Shown in pieces: positions 50,814-62,699 of a DNA stretch of 64,000 nt. Numbering within the stretch: position 1 is the first letter of the stretch; each line of letters begins with the position of its first letter. The notes under the pieces were generated by a model. It saw only the letters and a program-made list of their open reading frames with translations. It ran no database searches and was not told the origin of the DNA. The stretch is from Neoconidiobolus thromboides FSU 785 (taxonomy: Eukaryota > Fungi > Entomophthoromycota), in assembly GCA_025603075.1 (NCBI GenBank), contig MU626272.1:129634-193633 (forward strand). The letters run 5' to 3'. Position numbers and translations under genes: made by a program.

Positions 50814-51821
50814 TAAAGTTAGAGTTTTTATTATCAAAATTATATAAATAATAGAAATCTAGTTTTGTAGAGAATAAGCATAAATTAGATAGTAATACAA
50901 AACATTCGAGAGATGATAAATTAATTTTATGAGTTGGTGCTAAAAAATCCCATGTCCAAAATCAGCCATAAGGAGCTGTAAGCTGAACCGTATAAATGAG
51001 ACCTTTTTGCACAAATCTTACTGCAAAAAAAGATGGATTACAAATCAAACCTAGAAATTCCCAATCAAACAGAAGATGAGATTAAATATAATGAAGAAAC
51101 TAATAATCGACAAAATTAATTAAGTTACTAAATAATTTATTTTTATTTTTGTGACTATTTATAAAGAAAACTATGCAAAGATGGTTGTAAGTTGGTTTCA
51201 GAACAATAATTAGATTTTGATATCAAGTTCTAACTTTATTAATAATTAAAATCTAGGTTTTTACATATGAAAAATTAAGGGCAGTATTCTAGTAATATTA
51301 TAAAAATACTCTATTATATTTGTTTAAAAACGGTATCAATCAACTGAGCTAGATGGGATTATATTATTAGCTCTGTGAGTTACTTTTTGGTTACTTTATT
51401 TACATGACAAATGCTTTATAGCATAATATAAGGTATCAAACCTGATACTTACACTAAATATTTGCTATTTTTGAATAATAAAAGAAATCTAAAGACATAC
51501 CTTCACCAATCATATTATAACCACTTATAATACAAATTCTACTTTAAATAATCATGATAGGGGCTGCTTAGCATACAGATTGTTCATCTGATATTAAAAG
51601 AATGATGACATGAAATAAAGAGTTAGGAAAGATATATTATCATTATAAATTGAAGATATTGAAAACGTATAAACGAGGATTGAAAAATGGTTCAAAACAT
51701 TTATTTAATCTAAAAAAAAGGAGTAGTTGGGTTCGTAGATAAAACTAAATGCTTATAGAAGATTTATTCATGTTTTGAAATTTAAATAACCCAACTAACA
51801 AACTTAGTAGATTCACTAAAT

Positions 51822-52729
51822 TTACTCTTCTGCTTTGGCATCTTGGTTTGCTTCTAATAAATTTATTAATAATTTAAAATAATACTTATTTTCATTTTTA
51901 CCTGTGTTATTTTCTTGCATATCAGTGGTCCATAAGGTTAAGTTGTCACGTAAAAGTTGCATTATCAATGTGCTATCCTTGTAACTATCTTCATTAAGAC
52001 TATCTAATTCAGCAATGGCATCATCAAAAGCTTGTTTAGCGAGATGGCAAGCACTATCTGGTGAGTTTATAATTTCATAATAGAAAACGGAGAAGTTAAG
52101 TGCAAGACCAAGACGGATTGGGTGAGTTGGAATAAGATCTTTATTAGCGATTTCAGTGGCCTTCTTGTAAGCTTCAAGAGAAGCGTCAGCAGAAGCATCA
52201 CGTTCTTTTTCGGTTAAGAATTCAGCGAGGTAACGGTGGTAATCTCCTTTCCTGTAAAAATTAGTAAGCATTTAAAAAAATGGTTTAAAATTAATTACAT
52301 TTTGTAATAGAAAACGAGACATTCTCCGGTCTTGGCATAAGGGATAAGGAGGTCATCGAGTACTTTAAGAATATCATTACAGATATCTGAAAGTTCATTT
52401 TCAATCTTTTTGCGGTATTCCACAATTCTAGTAACGTTTTCAGCGTTTCCTTTTGAGTCTTCTCTGCTTTCAATTGATGAGACAATTCTCCAGGAAGCAC
52501 GACGAGTACCAATAACGTTCTTATAAGCAACAGAAAGTAAGTTACGTTCTTCAACAGTAAGTTCTTGCTTTTCACCAGCTACAGCTTTCATGGACTCCAC
52601 CATTTCTGGTATTCATTGAGTTAAATAATCAAATAAAATAAAATGAAATAAAAACGAATTACCGTCATAACGTTCAGCTTGTTCAGCTAATTTGGCGAGG
52701 TAAACGTTTTCGGATCTCTTTGACTCCAT
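51822..52729 (-). CDS. BMH1: 14-3-3 protein (epsilon/Bmh-like), 4 exons
   Basis: [84 protein letters not shown]. Confidence 0.97.
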
Positions 52730-53248
52730 GGTATTAATTTTTAGTTTATCTTTTGAAATAATAGATATAAGATGGACTGAAAGTAAATTTAACCAATATT
52801 AAATGTCATTTATTTAAAACTAATTGGTTTATTATTCTTATAGTTTATGAACCAATTAAAAGTCAAGTAGCTGTCACTTTAATCTTTTACGCCAATCAAG
52901 GTTCGATTTTATTGTTATGAATGAAGTCGAACCAAAAACTGTGGGGAATTTGGGTAAATCAAACTAGACAATGCTAATTTGATAATTTTAAATGGCTGTT
53001 TTTTATTGGTCGAACTTACAGATAACTAAGATGTGAATATTATATTATTTACAAGTTTTAAGCCACTAACATTAAATATAACTATACTATATTATAATAT
53101 AAACAGACTCATTTTATTAAATTTACATTTGACTATACTGTTGTTATGATAGTGGCTTTATAATAATGCGACCTTTTTTATAAAACTTAAAGCATTATTA
53201 TTAATATATTTTATTATCTTTATAATTACCTCATTAATTCTAATATTA

Positions 53249-53401
53249 GGTCGTTCCATATGTTTCAGACACTTTGATTTAAATTTATTGTTAATTTTTT
53301 TAACTGAATTTAAAGATTATAAGAATCATGTATATTTATATTCAGATAAAATAAATCAATAACAAATTTAACTAAAGATACCTGAAACATATAGAATAGC
53401 C
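53249..53401. mobile_element. Putative MITE (family D) with about 45-bp imperfect TIRs
   Basis: Left TA-GGTCGTTCCATATGTTTCAGACACTTTGATTTAAATTT versus the reverse complement of the right arm TA-GGCTATTCTATATGTTTCAGGTATCTTTAGTTAAATTT; TA flanks. Confidence 0.65.
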
Positions 53402-54628
53402 TAATAAAACTTAGATGTCATCTTTTCTTAAAAATTTTGCACTAAATGGAATCATTCAACTAAACTAGAAATAGTTCCTCTTATTTACTTGTATTAGTCT
53501 AATAGTTGCACGGACATTTAGGTATTTGTACTGTTGGAAATGTAATAGCTTATAGTTATATCCATGGTAAATAAATGATAGTTTGAAAGTAACTATCTAA
53601 AACTTTTGCGGTCTAATACTTACAAGAATAAATAGAATTATTCTTAGGTATTTTTGTAATTTAAAATTTTATGCTTTAGTAGAAAATTCAACAAATATAA
53701 TTTTGTTGGATAAAATTAATTTATTTTCAACTTATAATTTAAAATATAATAATAGATTGTTATTAATTTAATAATTTACAATAGTTTAGAGGTACACTTA
53801 GCTACAATATGAGTTAAAGTATTTTCAAAAATACAAAAAGTGATATAGTTATTGCTTATTAGCTCATTTCAAATTAATTTAATTGTTTGTGTTTAAATAC
53901 TGATAGTTTATGTACTGTATTATATTTTAAGTTGTTACAATCATTAAAAAACTTTATAACATTAAAATATCTATTTCAAAAAAAACCATAAAATATAAAT
54001 CTTATAGATCAAAATTTGTATATAATAATTGTTAGCTTGTTTTTGTAACAATGGTATTGATTAAGTTCTCTTATCTTTTATACGCTAATAAGTAAAATAA
54101 AAAATATAATAAAACTAGTTTATGAATGCTATTGTCTTTATATTTTAAACTTGTTATTGTTGTCATTATCTCAAATTTAATCGAGTCTATTTAGTATAAG
54201 TAGTAACATGCTTTTTATAAGCCACAAGTTGATAATCAAATATTATTATAATTTTTTAATATAATTTATAATACTTTCCAAGGCCAAATATTTTCAAGCA
54301 CATTATTAATGTTTATATAATACTTAACTGTAGTTCTACGTAATTTAGTAACTTAATGGTGGATTAAAAATTTACTATTGTTATGTAACGTAATAATATT
54401 TTGCTCAAGAAAGCTTAATATGTTTTTAATAAGCCATAGTCATCTTGCAAAGAAGAGTCTTTGTTATATAAAAAATGATATTTTGATTCATCATTATACC
54501 ACTATCAATATTATGTAATTATACTAAAATCAAAATAGTCAAGTTTATTAGAAAATGTTTTAATTGAATGCATAAAACAAATGAGGATACTATTCTGAAT
54601 CTAATGTTAAATGTATTTTTATTATACG

Positions 54629-56136
54629 TTAATTAGATTCTGGTACAATTGTCTTTGGTAAAGTTTCCTTTAAATCTGCAACTGCATAAATAAATCCTCC
54701 TGTCATTGCTGCATTCCTGGCCAATTGCTCTGGCTTAAGAACTTCCATACGATCCCCTGCAGTATGGTGAAAAGTAAAATAGCTTAAAGTGGAATTATTC
54801 TCAGTTTTTGATGATAGTGATGCACAAGGAATTCCTCTTGAGCATAAATATGAAATGTCAGCATCTCCACCTTGGGTTTCTAAATAAAGTATTTAAAGCT
54901 GAATAATAAAAAGGGAGAAATTTTACCTTTAACGCCCCCAAAAGTCGTATGCCCTAACAACTCTTTACCAATCGAAGTAAAAATAGCAGTAGCTTCGCTA
55001 TTTCCAGAGAAAGCAAACCCATATGGTTCAAAAGCTCCGGAATCCGATTCCATGGCAAGAACATGATTTTCTAAATTATTTATATTTTCTTGGTAGTATG
55101 TTTTACCACCAGCTATCCCAGCTTCTTCATTTGTCCAAAATATAGCACGGAGAGTACGACGAGGCTTAAGCCCGAGGTTAACTATTTGACGAAGTACTTC
55201 CCAACCGATAAAAGCACCAGCGGCGTCATCCATAGCACCAACGCCAACATCCCAAGAATCAATATGACCGCTTAAAATAACGATTTCATTTGACTTTTCA
55301 CTTCCTTTGATCTCAAGGATCAAGTTACGTGTCTTAGCTTTACCTTTTTCTAGCGTGGCTCCCATCTTTAAGGTAAGTTTTGGCTCTTTATAAATATTGC
55401 ACTTATGGTTACCATTTTCTTTTGCTCTTTTTTGAATTCTGGTTAACATTTGGGCATCTTCTACAGTGACCACAGCTCCTGGTATTTTTGCTTCTTTCAT
55501 TGCCCCAGTATGTGGGGTATCAATAGAAAATGGTGTAGCAGCACGAACTAAAGCAGCAACTGCACCATAGTTTTCTGATAATGAAGCGCAATTTTGTCGA
55601 ATATTAGAAGCGGCACCATAACCAGTCCAAGCAAAATTACACAACACAATCTTTTTCTTTAATTCCCCTTTTTCACCTTTTTCTTTGAGATCATCTTTAG
55701 AAACCACGGTGACCACTTCAGCAGTTATACCATCCTTTGGTGTACCAACCGATCTTCCGAGACCTAAAAAGTTGAGCTTTACATCACCTCTAGTAGGCGA
55801 ATGATATACTAGAGATTCTTCATTACGTTTCCAATAGTCTGCTGTCACATTTTGGGTATATGCTATCAACCCATCCTTTCTGGCTTGCTTTTGTATCCAG
55901 TCAATAGAGTCTTCTAACGCCTTTGAGCCAGTTATGCGATGCCCATACAAGTCTGTCATTTCAGCTAATCGATCCCAGATTATGGTGTTATTTTGGGTTG
56001 ACGCTAACAATCTGTTAACGTTATCTTTAAGATAGGATAAAGTTGGAATTTTAAATTCTTTTTGGACATTCTGAGAATAAGCGATATTGGAATAAATCAG
56101 TGCTACACAAAAGTTAGAAGCAGTATTGAACTTCAT
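54629..56136 (-). CDS. Secreted M28 metallopeptidase, carboxypeptidase Q-like (PA domain), 2 exons
   Basis: Signal peptide; DRLAEMTDLYGHRITGSKALEDSIDW, GHIDSWDVGVGAMDDAAG, WTNEEAG, AMESDSGAFEP; second exon GGDADIS..YFTFHHTAGD completes the Zn ligands. Confidence 0.9.
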
Positions 56137-57411
56137 TTGTTAACAATGATGATAAATTTTATTTAATGTTGATCTATTTTAAATCTTTTTATATTGTTTT
56201 AAATTACTATACCATTATATTTAGTTCAGCCCCTAATCATCTTTTTTAAACCAGATTTACTCTTCTACTTATAATGTTATTCACTTAAACAAGGATTTTT
56301 TGACTCAATAAATGACCAAGATGTCTCCAATAATAGAAAGCTAGATTAAAAAAGCGTACTTGTGACAATTAAAATGATAAAAGGAATTGATAAAAATGGA
56401 TAGGTACAGTTTAAGGATGAGTTTGTTTTAATAATACTTTCAAGAAAAGTGTAAATCAAGTATACATTTGATTATTTCTAAAAATATGTAATTATACTTT
56501 GCTTTGATTAAATAAAGCTGTTAATAATATACTAGTCAAACGACTAACAAGAGTATTATTTATAGTTTGAAATAATAGTTGCTTTGGATAGCAAGTACAT
56601 TTATAATGCTGTTTATTTAAATAACATTCCATCAAATTTATATTGATTAAAATTTGTATTTGAACACTTATGTATTGTTTATTTTGCTAATTATTTCAAG
56701 TTTTTCTCATGACCAGTCAGTCATATTTAAATATTCGCTAAATTTATGATTTTGGAATAAATTTAGAATAATTTAGAGTATCATATATTAAAGCTATCAT
56801 ATAAAGTATTATATATTCCATAATTTCCAAAATTTCAACAAAAGACATCTAACTACAATTTGTTCTATAATTAATTAAAGTCATATTGCTTATTTTATTT
56901 TTGAAAATATATCAGATAACATTTAAACATACAATAGCAGAGTTTGTTGCATTTTTTTATTTTTTTTGTAAACAAAAACTAATCAACCATGTGCTTATTT
57001 GCACTAATATTGTTTTTATCATCGTATCGCCATTAAATCGACTTCAGCTTTAATGTGTTTTTAAAAGACTAAAAGTTAAGTTCATTTATGATCTGTTAGT
57101 AATTTTCAATATAAATATAAGCGTATAAATAAATTAGTAATATTAATTATACAAATTTTAGGCTTATAGCAATTTCATAAAAATCCAGACCCTATGAAAC
57201 TGTAAATAGTTTAATAGCCACTACATTTTATTCTTACCTTAAATCCTTATTCTCTCAACTGTCTAAAATTGTGTTTTTATCCTTGTTTTTTATAACAATC
57301 AGAAATAATTAGGTCAGATTATCTTTTATATATCCATTAGTCACTGTTTAATTAATTTTTAGATCAAATTTGGAAAATTTCTGTTTAGTATAGGTTTTGA
57401 TTTCATTATTT

Positions 57412-57509
57412 GGGGATGTTTTTTTTAACTTCATTTTTTTTCCATTTTTTAAGTGCTATTTAAACGAAAAGTTTGTTAGTAAAATTCTCAAATACAAAAA
57501 TACATTCCC
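57412..57509 (-). mobile_element. MITE family A copy 12
   Basis: Flanked by ATTT / ATTT (non-palindromic 4-bp TSD). Confidence 0.9.
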
Positions 57510-57789
57510 ATTTAGTAAGATCAATAAAATTACTATAATTACACACTATCAAATATCATAATTCCATAGCAATAAGTGACAACAATTAAACAATAATGAT
57601 GATAGACAATTTTATTACGAACTTTGAGCCTTTAAGTAAGAGAGTATTTTGAAATACTAAATGCAAAGAAACACACAGGCGTTCTATATTTATCACTTAT
57701 AAAACAGATCTTTCAAACTCAGGACCAAAGGCTTTGTGGTTAATTTTCTTTGATAAGCTTAAAGTACTGAGAAGTAAAAGAAGGCAATT

Positions 57790-57886
57790 GGGGATGTATT
57801 TTTGTGTTTAAGAATTTTACTAACAACCTTTCCACTCAAATAATGCTTAAAAAATGGAAAAAGTAATGAAGCCAAAAAAATATCCC
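57790..57886 (+). mobile_element. MITE family A copy 13
   Basis: Flanked by AATT / AATT. Confidence 0.9.
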
Positions 57887-58698
57887 AATTATTTTTTGGA
57901 ACGCTTTTGAACTGTTATTTTCAAAAATTAAACTTATTTTGGACTGCTTGAAAATTTTATGCAACAAGTTTGAGAAAATTGAGTGCTTTTTTAACTCCAA
58001 CAAAATCAATCATTTTAAATAATAACTTTACTCTTGAAAGTCTTTATGAGGTCACTTGAAGCTTTGTTCAATGAAAAATGACCATTAACAAAATAAATTT
58101 TATTTGAGTGCCGTTAGCTTTAAAGGATGGCAGTTCCTAGAGTTCAAACGATAAAAATTAAAATGACTTGTGAATATCACAAATGCTTAAAAGCTAGTTG
58201 GCAATGATATTCAGAGCCTACAATTATAATGGTGAGATAGAGAATTAATGTAGATTTAATTTCCTTCATTTCCTTATATGGCTTTGTACACCTTTTTTAT
58301 CAAATTTTTATAGTCACTGATAGGTAATTGTAAATCAATAATATCAATAAAACATAATATGTAGTATTGCAGCTGACCCAACTCTTTTATGACCTAAATA
58401 ACTACCTACTTAAGAATAAAAGTTGTATTGAAATTCGATAAAATGTATGGACTAGGCTTTAAGAAATTAACTATGCAAATAACCACCTGCCTATAAAGAT
58501 TATCGCTAAAAAAGACTTAAAAGAGTTCTAACAACTGTATGGGTTGGTTTAAAGAACTTTAAAAAGGGGAATTAGTAATTTACAGAATTTTAAACCGTTA
58601 GGCAATAATATAGGAATTTTAGAAGGTCAAGTGGTTTTAAAACCATATTTTGAGTAATATATAATGCCTAAGTTTAATTATTGATTTTTCTTTTTAAA

Positions 58699-59647
58699 AT
58701 GGATAGTACTACTTTAGAAGGAAACAATATCTATAATCAAATAGATTTGAACAATTTCAATAATTTAATCTGGTATCAAAGATACAAATTTCAAGCTTTT
58801 AAAATTGTTGATAATTATACTTTTCATTACAAAACCACCTTGATTTCAACTTTCTATCTAATTGTTTTGATCTTTGAATTCGGCTGTCGTAAAATTTAAT
58901 TATTCTCATAAAATGTTAATGTTAATAGTAAATAATATAGGATTTGCGTTTGGAGAAAGGGATAATGCTCTATCTAAAGATCGATCTCTTTTGCATCTAG
59001 TATTTAGTATATTGGAAATTCCATTTATACTATTATTTTTAATAGAATTGGCTCTAAAATTATTCACATTAACTAATGTTAAATTGTATGTCTTTCAATT
59101 ATCAGTAATGGATTCTAGTTTTTTGGTGTTTAATATTGCTGCAAGTATATTTGATATTGTCAAACATGAAACTTTATCTTTAGAAATTAAAATGCTAGTG
59201 GCAGCAGCCAGACTATTATTGCAAGTGTATATAAATAAGCAAGTAATCGAAGTGATCGAAGAATGCGTAATTTTAATATTTAAGCTAATGAATCAATTAA
59301 TAATAACAAACTATTAGGAAGATAAAATAACTGAACGATACAAAGAGCACTATAAGTCTATTGTGTTGAAAAACGAAACTATGAAATTAATTAATAAAGC
59401 ATTAGAAGTGGAAGTAGAAAACTATTCAAAAACTATAAGTAGTATAGAAGCCGAGGTTAAAGAATTAGATAGTGAGATGATTGAAACTCATCGAAAATCA
59501 TGGGGTGCTCTTGTATCACCGATGCTATCAGTTAAAGTGAATATACCTGTTATGAATGAAAGTTCTTTCAAAAATCAACGTAAATCTAAAGAGTTAAAAA
59601 GAACAACGGAATATAGAAAAAGATGCAATTCATTTAGTAACTTTTAA
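58699..59647 (+). CDS. Standalone voltage-sensor-domain protein with C-terminal coiled coil (degenerate Hv1-like), 3 exons, 281 aa
   Basis: Introns 58889-58940 and 59267-59317 (GT-AG) join three ORF fragments in frame. S2 FLIELALKLF, S3 MDSSFLVFNIAASIFDIV, S4 with a single Arg, then a heptad-like E/K-rich tail. Confidence 0.72.
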
Positions 59648-60242
59648 TAAAATACCACTAACTCTACATATACTTTATAAAAACTTATTCTAAAAATATT
59701 CAAATTAGTACTAAAAGTATAGTAAAGTTGCTTATAATACATTTTTAATTACGTTAAGAAGTTGTCATTTATTAATTCTTTTAGTTTTGAGATAAATAGA
59801 TAATAATTTCAATAAGTTTTCAATCATGTCAATGAATTGTACTTGGCAGTATAGCTCAATTATTACCATAAATTAAAAAAATAATATTCTATCATTTATA
59901 TCTATTTTGATTACTCATGAATTTGTAATTGTTGATAAAATTGGTATTAATGATGTTTTAAAGTATCTATATATAATTAGTTTTCAAATAGTTTAACCTT
60001 TGAAATAGTTTTTTGATAAAAATTACTCTTGTAGTCATATGTTATCTAGTAAGTACATCATCAATCATATTAGCGCAATAGACACATTCATCAATAAGAT
60101 ATCCTTTATATCACTACTGTTTTTTAAATAGCTATCTAATCATATGTATAATTCAGTACTGTTTGTATACCTTAATAGCTGAGTTGTTAGATTGGAGTGT
60201 ATTTTAAAGTATAGGCATTTAATGTGACCCCTATATTTTTTG

Positions 60243-60342
60243 AAATATTTGACTTTTTATGTTTAAGAATTTTACTAACAATTTTTCTATTAAAATAGCG
60301 CTTAAAAGATGGAAAAAGTAATGAAGTCAAGAAAAATACCCC
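60243..60342 (+). mobile_element. MITE family A copy 14 (left end degraded)
   Basis: TTTAAGAATTTTACTAACAATTTTT...AGCGCTTAAAAGATGGAAAAAGTAATGAAG...ACCCC-ATAT; left boundary approximate. Confidence 0.82.
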
Positions 60343-61028
60343 ATATGTTTCCATAGTATTGGTATCGTTAACTTACTCTATTTTTTACAACATAAAAGTA
60401 GGTTGACTTTATCCTCATCTGAAAACCGGTATAACATGTTTTCGGTAGTATTTCTTCCATATTTTTCAAGCTGAAACAAATTTTCTATCATAAAGCAAAT
60501 TTAATATACAAATCATTAGAAGTGTTTGTTATTTGGATTAAATGCTATATATTATTACTAGTGACAATTACCTATCATCCTATCAGTGTAACTTTAGTGG
60601 CATTATTCTATAAAATGTCCCTGGCTAACTTTATCACAAATTATTGTTTAGGAAATATGTTTTTTTAAAATTATCAATAATGTAAATCCTATCTTACTAT
60701 TGTTCAATTAATCATATATATAATACTGGTAACCATGCCATTATTATTTTTTACTACTATATTTGAAGAATCGTTATGTTTGTAATATTTGAATTTTACT
60801 TGAGTTTTTATTTGCAAAGGGGTTTACAGATTTTTAAAATGATAGCTTTTTTAAAACGTAATTTATTTTTTGAATTATTGATTATTGATTATTACTATAA
60901 AAATGTTTACAATCATTCATAAACCCTTTTATTCAGGACTCATATTGAACCTGATTTTTTAAATATTTTATACTAAATCTATATTTACTGTAGTTCTGTT
61001 GATTGTCCTATCTTTTAAACTAAAATAT

Positions 61029-61126
61029 AGTGATGTTTTTTTGGTCTCATTACTTTTTTCATCTTTTAAACATTATTTGAGTGGAAAGATTGTTAGTAAG
61101 ATTCTTAAACACAAAAATACATCCCC
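61029..61126 (-). mobile_element. MITE family A copy 15
   Basis: ATAT-AGTGATGT...ACATCCCC-ATAT. Confidence 0.87.
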
Positions 61127-61155
61127 ATATAGAGAATTATGTGAATTTATTATAT

Positions 61156-61253
61156 GGGGATGTTTTTTTTGATTTCATTATTTTTACATCTTTTAAGCGT
61201 TATTTAAGTGGAAAAATTGCTAGTAAAATTCTTAAATACAAAAACACATCCCC
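61156..61253 (-). mobile_element. MITE family A copy 16
   Basis: Intact termini, ATAT flanks; 29 bp from copy 15. Confidence 0.92.
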
Positions 61254-61442
61254 ATATGTTATTTTTCAATAGTGGGTTAAGTGACCATTAGTGATACAAA
61301 ATGTTTAATAAAAGATCCCTTTGGTTAATAAACGAAAATTAAATGGCATAATTTATTATAATAATAATTAAAAGTCAACTTTACATTATGATAATAATAC
61401 TGAATATCTTATTAATACTTGTAACTAATATTTAAATAATAT

Positions 61443-61540
61443 GGGGATGTATTTTTGTGTTTAAGGATTTTGCTAATAATTTTTCCACTCAAATAGCACT
61501 TAAAAATGGAAAAAGTAATGAAGCCAAAAAGAACACCCCT
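61443..61540 (+). mobile_element. MITE family A copy 17
   Basis: ATAT flanks; about 390 bp upstream of the I78 inhibitor gene. Confidence 0.9.
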
Positions 61541-61927
61541 ATATTCTAAATCTTAAATAACAAATCATATTAACTTATGATAAATCCATTCTTTATTTTT
61601 AAACAAATTTGGTGGCTTACTTTTAAACATAATTATACTTCAATATTTATAAAAATAAATGATAATTCAATGCAGTAAATAAGAATGATATTAAAAATAG
61701 AGATAATGTTTTAAGATAATTTAATAAACTAATTTTATACTTGATTAAAGTTAATTAATATAATTTTAGTAACTATCGATTACTTGAATTTGCATAAATT
61801 GGTACCAAAAGGACATAAAGTAAAGCCTCAAGCTAAAATTAAACAGAATTGATAAAAGAGAGACTATAAAAAAGACCAAAATAAGACCAAAATAAAATTA
61901 GAAAAACACTAAACTTTTATTTAAACC

Positions 61928-62497
61928 ATGAAATTTATTAACGTTGCATCTTTATTTTCTCTCAGTGCTACTGTTTTAACTGCCACTTTACCAGCTGATC
62001 AAGCTCTTGCTCAACCAATCAATCAAGCTACCCTTGCTCAACCAATCAATCAAGCTACCCTTGCTCAACCAAAAGGTGCCAGTGGAGCAAGTTATAATGT
62101 CGGAAATCCATATGGTAGCACCGAACTAGATGAAAGAATTCGCAATTATTTTCGATACAGTATGATGAATCGATATAAGGATCCTAGATTTTATGACTAT
62201 CTTAATATATCACCTGAATCTAATAAGAAGCCTTCCGATATCCTTTCTTATGTTGGCAAAAAGCTTATTCTAAAAGGAGGTTACCCATCTTATGGAGGTT
62301 ATAATAGTGTAAGTTCATTATCTAAGTAATGTATTAATAAGCTAATTATCTATTTTTAGATTAATGAAGCTGATTTACCTCAACCTAATCGTATTATAAC
62401 ACCAGATACATTTGGTGTAACTATGGATTATGTTCAAAATCGATTAAACGTTGTTGTTGACAAAGATTATATTATTACAAAAACTTATTATGGTTAA
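61928..62497 (+). CDS. Secreted peptidase inhibitor, I78 family, with N-terminal 9-aa tandem repeats, 2 exons
   Basis: Signal peptide and (NQATLAQPI)-type repeats. Intron 62309-62359 joins to INEADLPQPNRIITPDTFGVTMDYVQNRLNVVVDKDYIITKTYYG*, matching the I78 pattern LP..HRII.PG..VTMDY...RLN..D......G. Confidence 0.82.
61996..62072 (+). repeat. 27-bp coding tandem repeat (about 2.8 units)
   Basis: Unit AATCAAGCTACCCTTGCTCAACCAATC inside the I78 gene. Confidence 0.85.
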
Positions 62498-62699
62498 GTT
62501 TTAATAAACCTTATTTATTCGCCATTAATAAACTATATGCATGTTTATTTTTATCACTTTACATTTTCTATTTTATTATTATGTCATGCAACTATGCTAT
62601 TATTCTTAGACTTGTAGTAAATATGATATTGTTGGCCAATGTTGGTATTTGGCAACATATACATAGATATTAGAATATGAGCAACTGAAAACAAGTCTG

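Noticed and set aside
3493-55275. Antisense or overlapping ORFs (3493, 3590, 8116, 19155, 26596, 27227, 27300, 27494, 28072, 28486, 33504, 36181, 37643, 39167, 39951, 40199, 40479, 52291, 55090)
   Set aside because: Shadow frames of well-supported genes, with no motifs.
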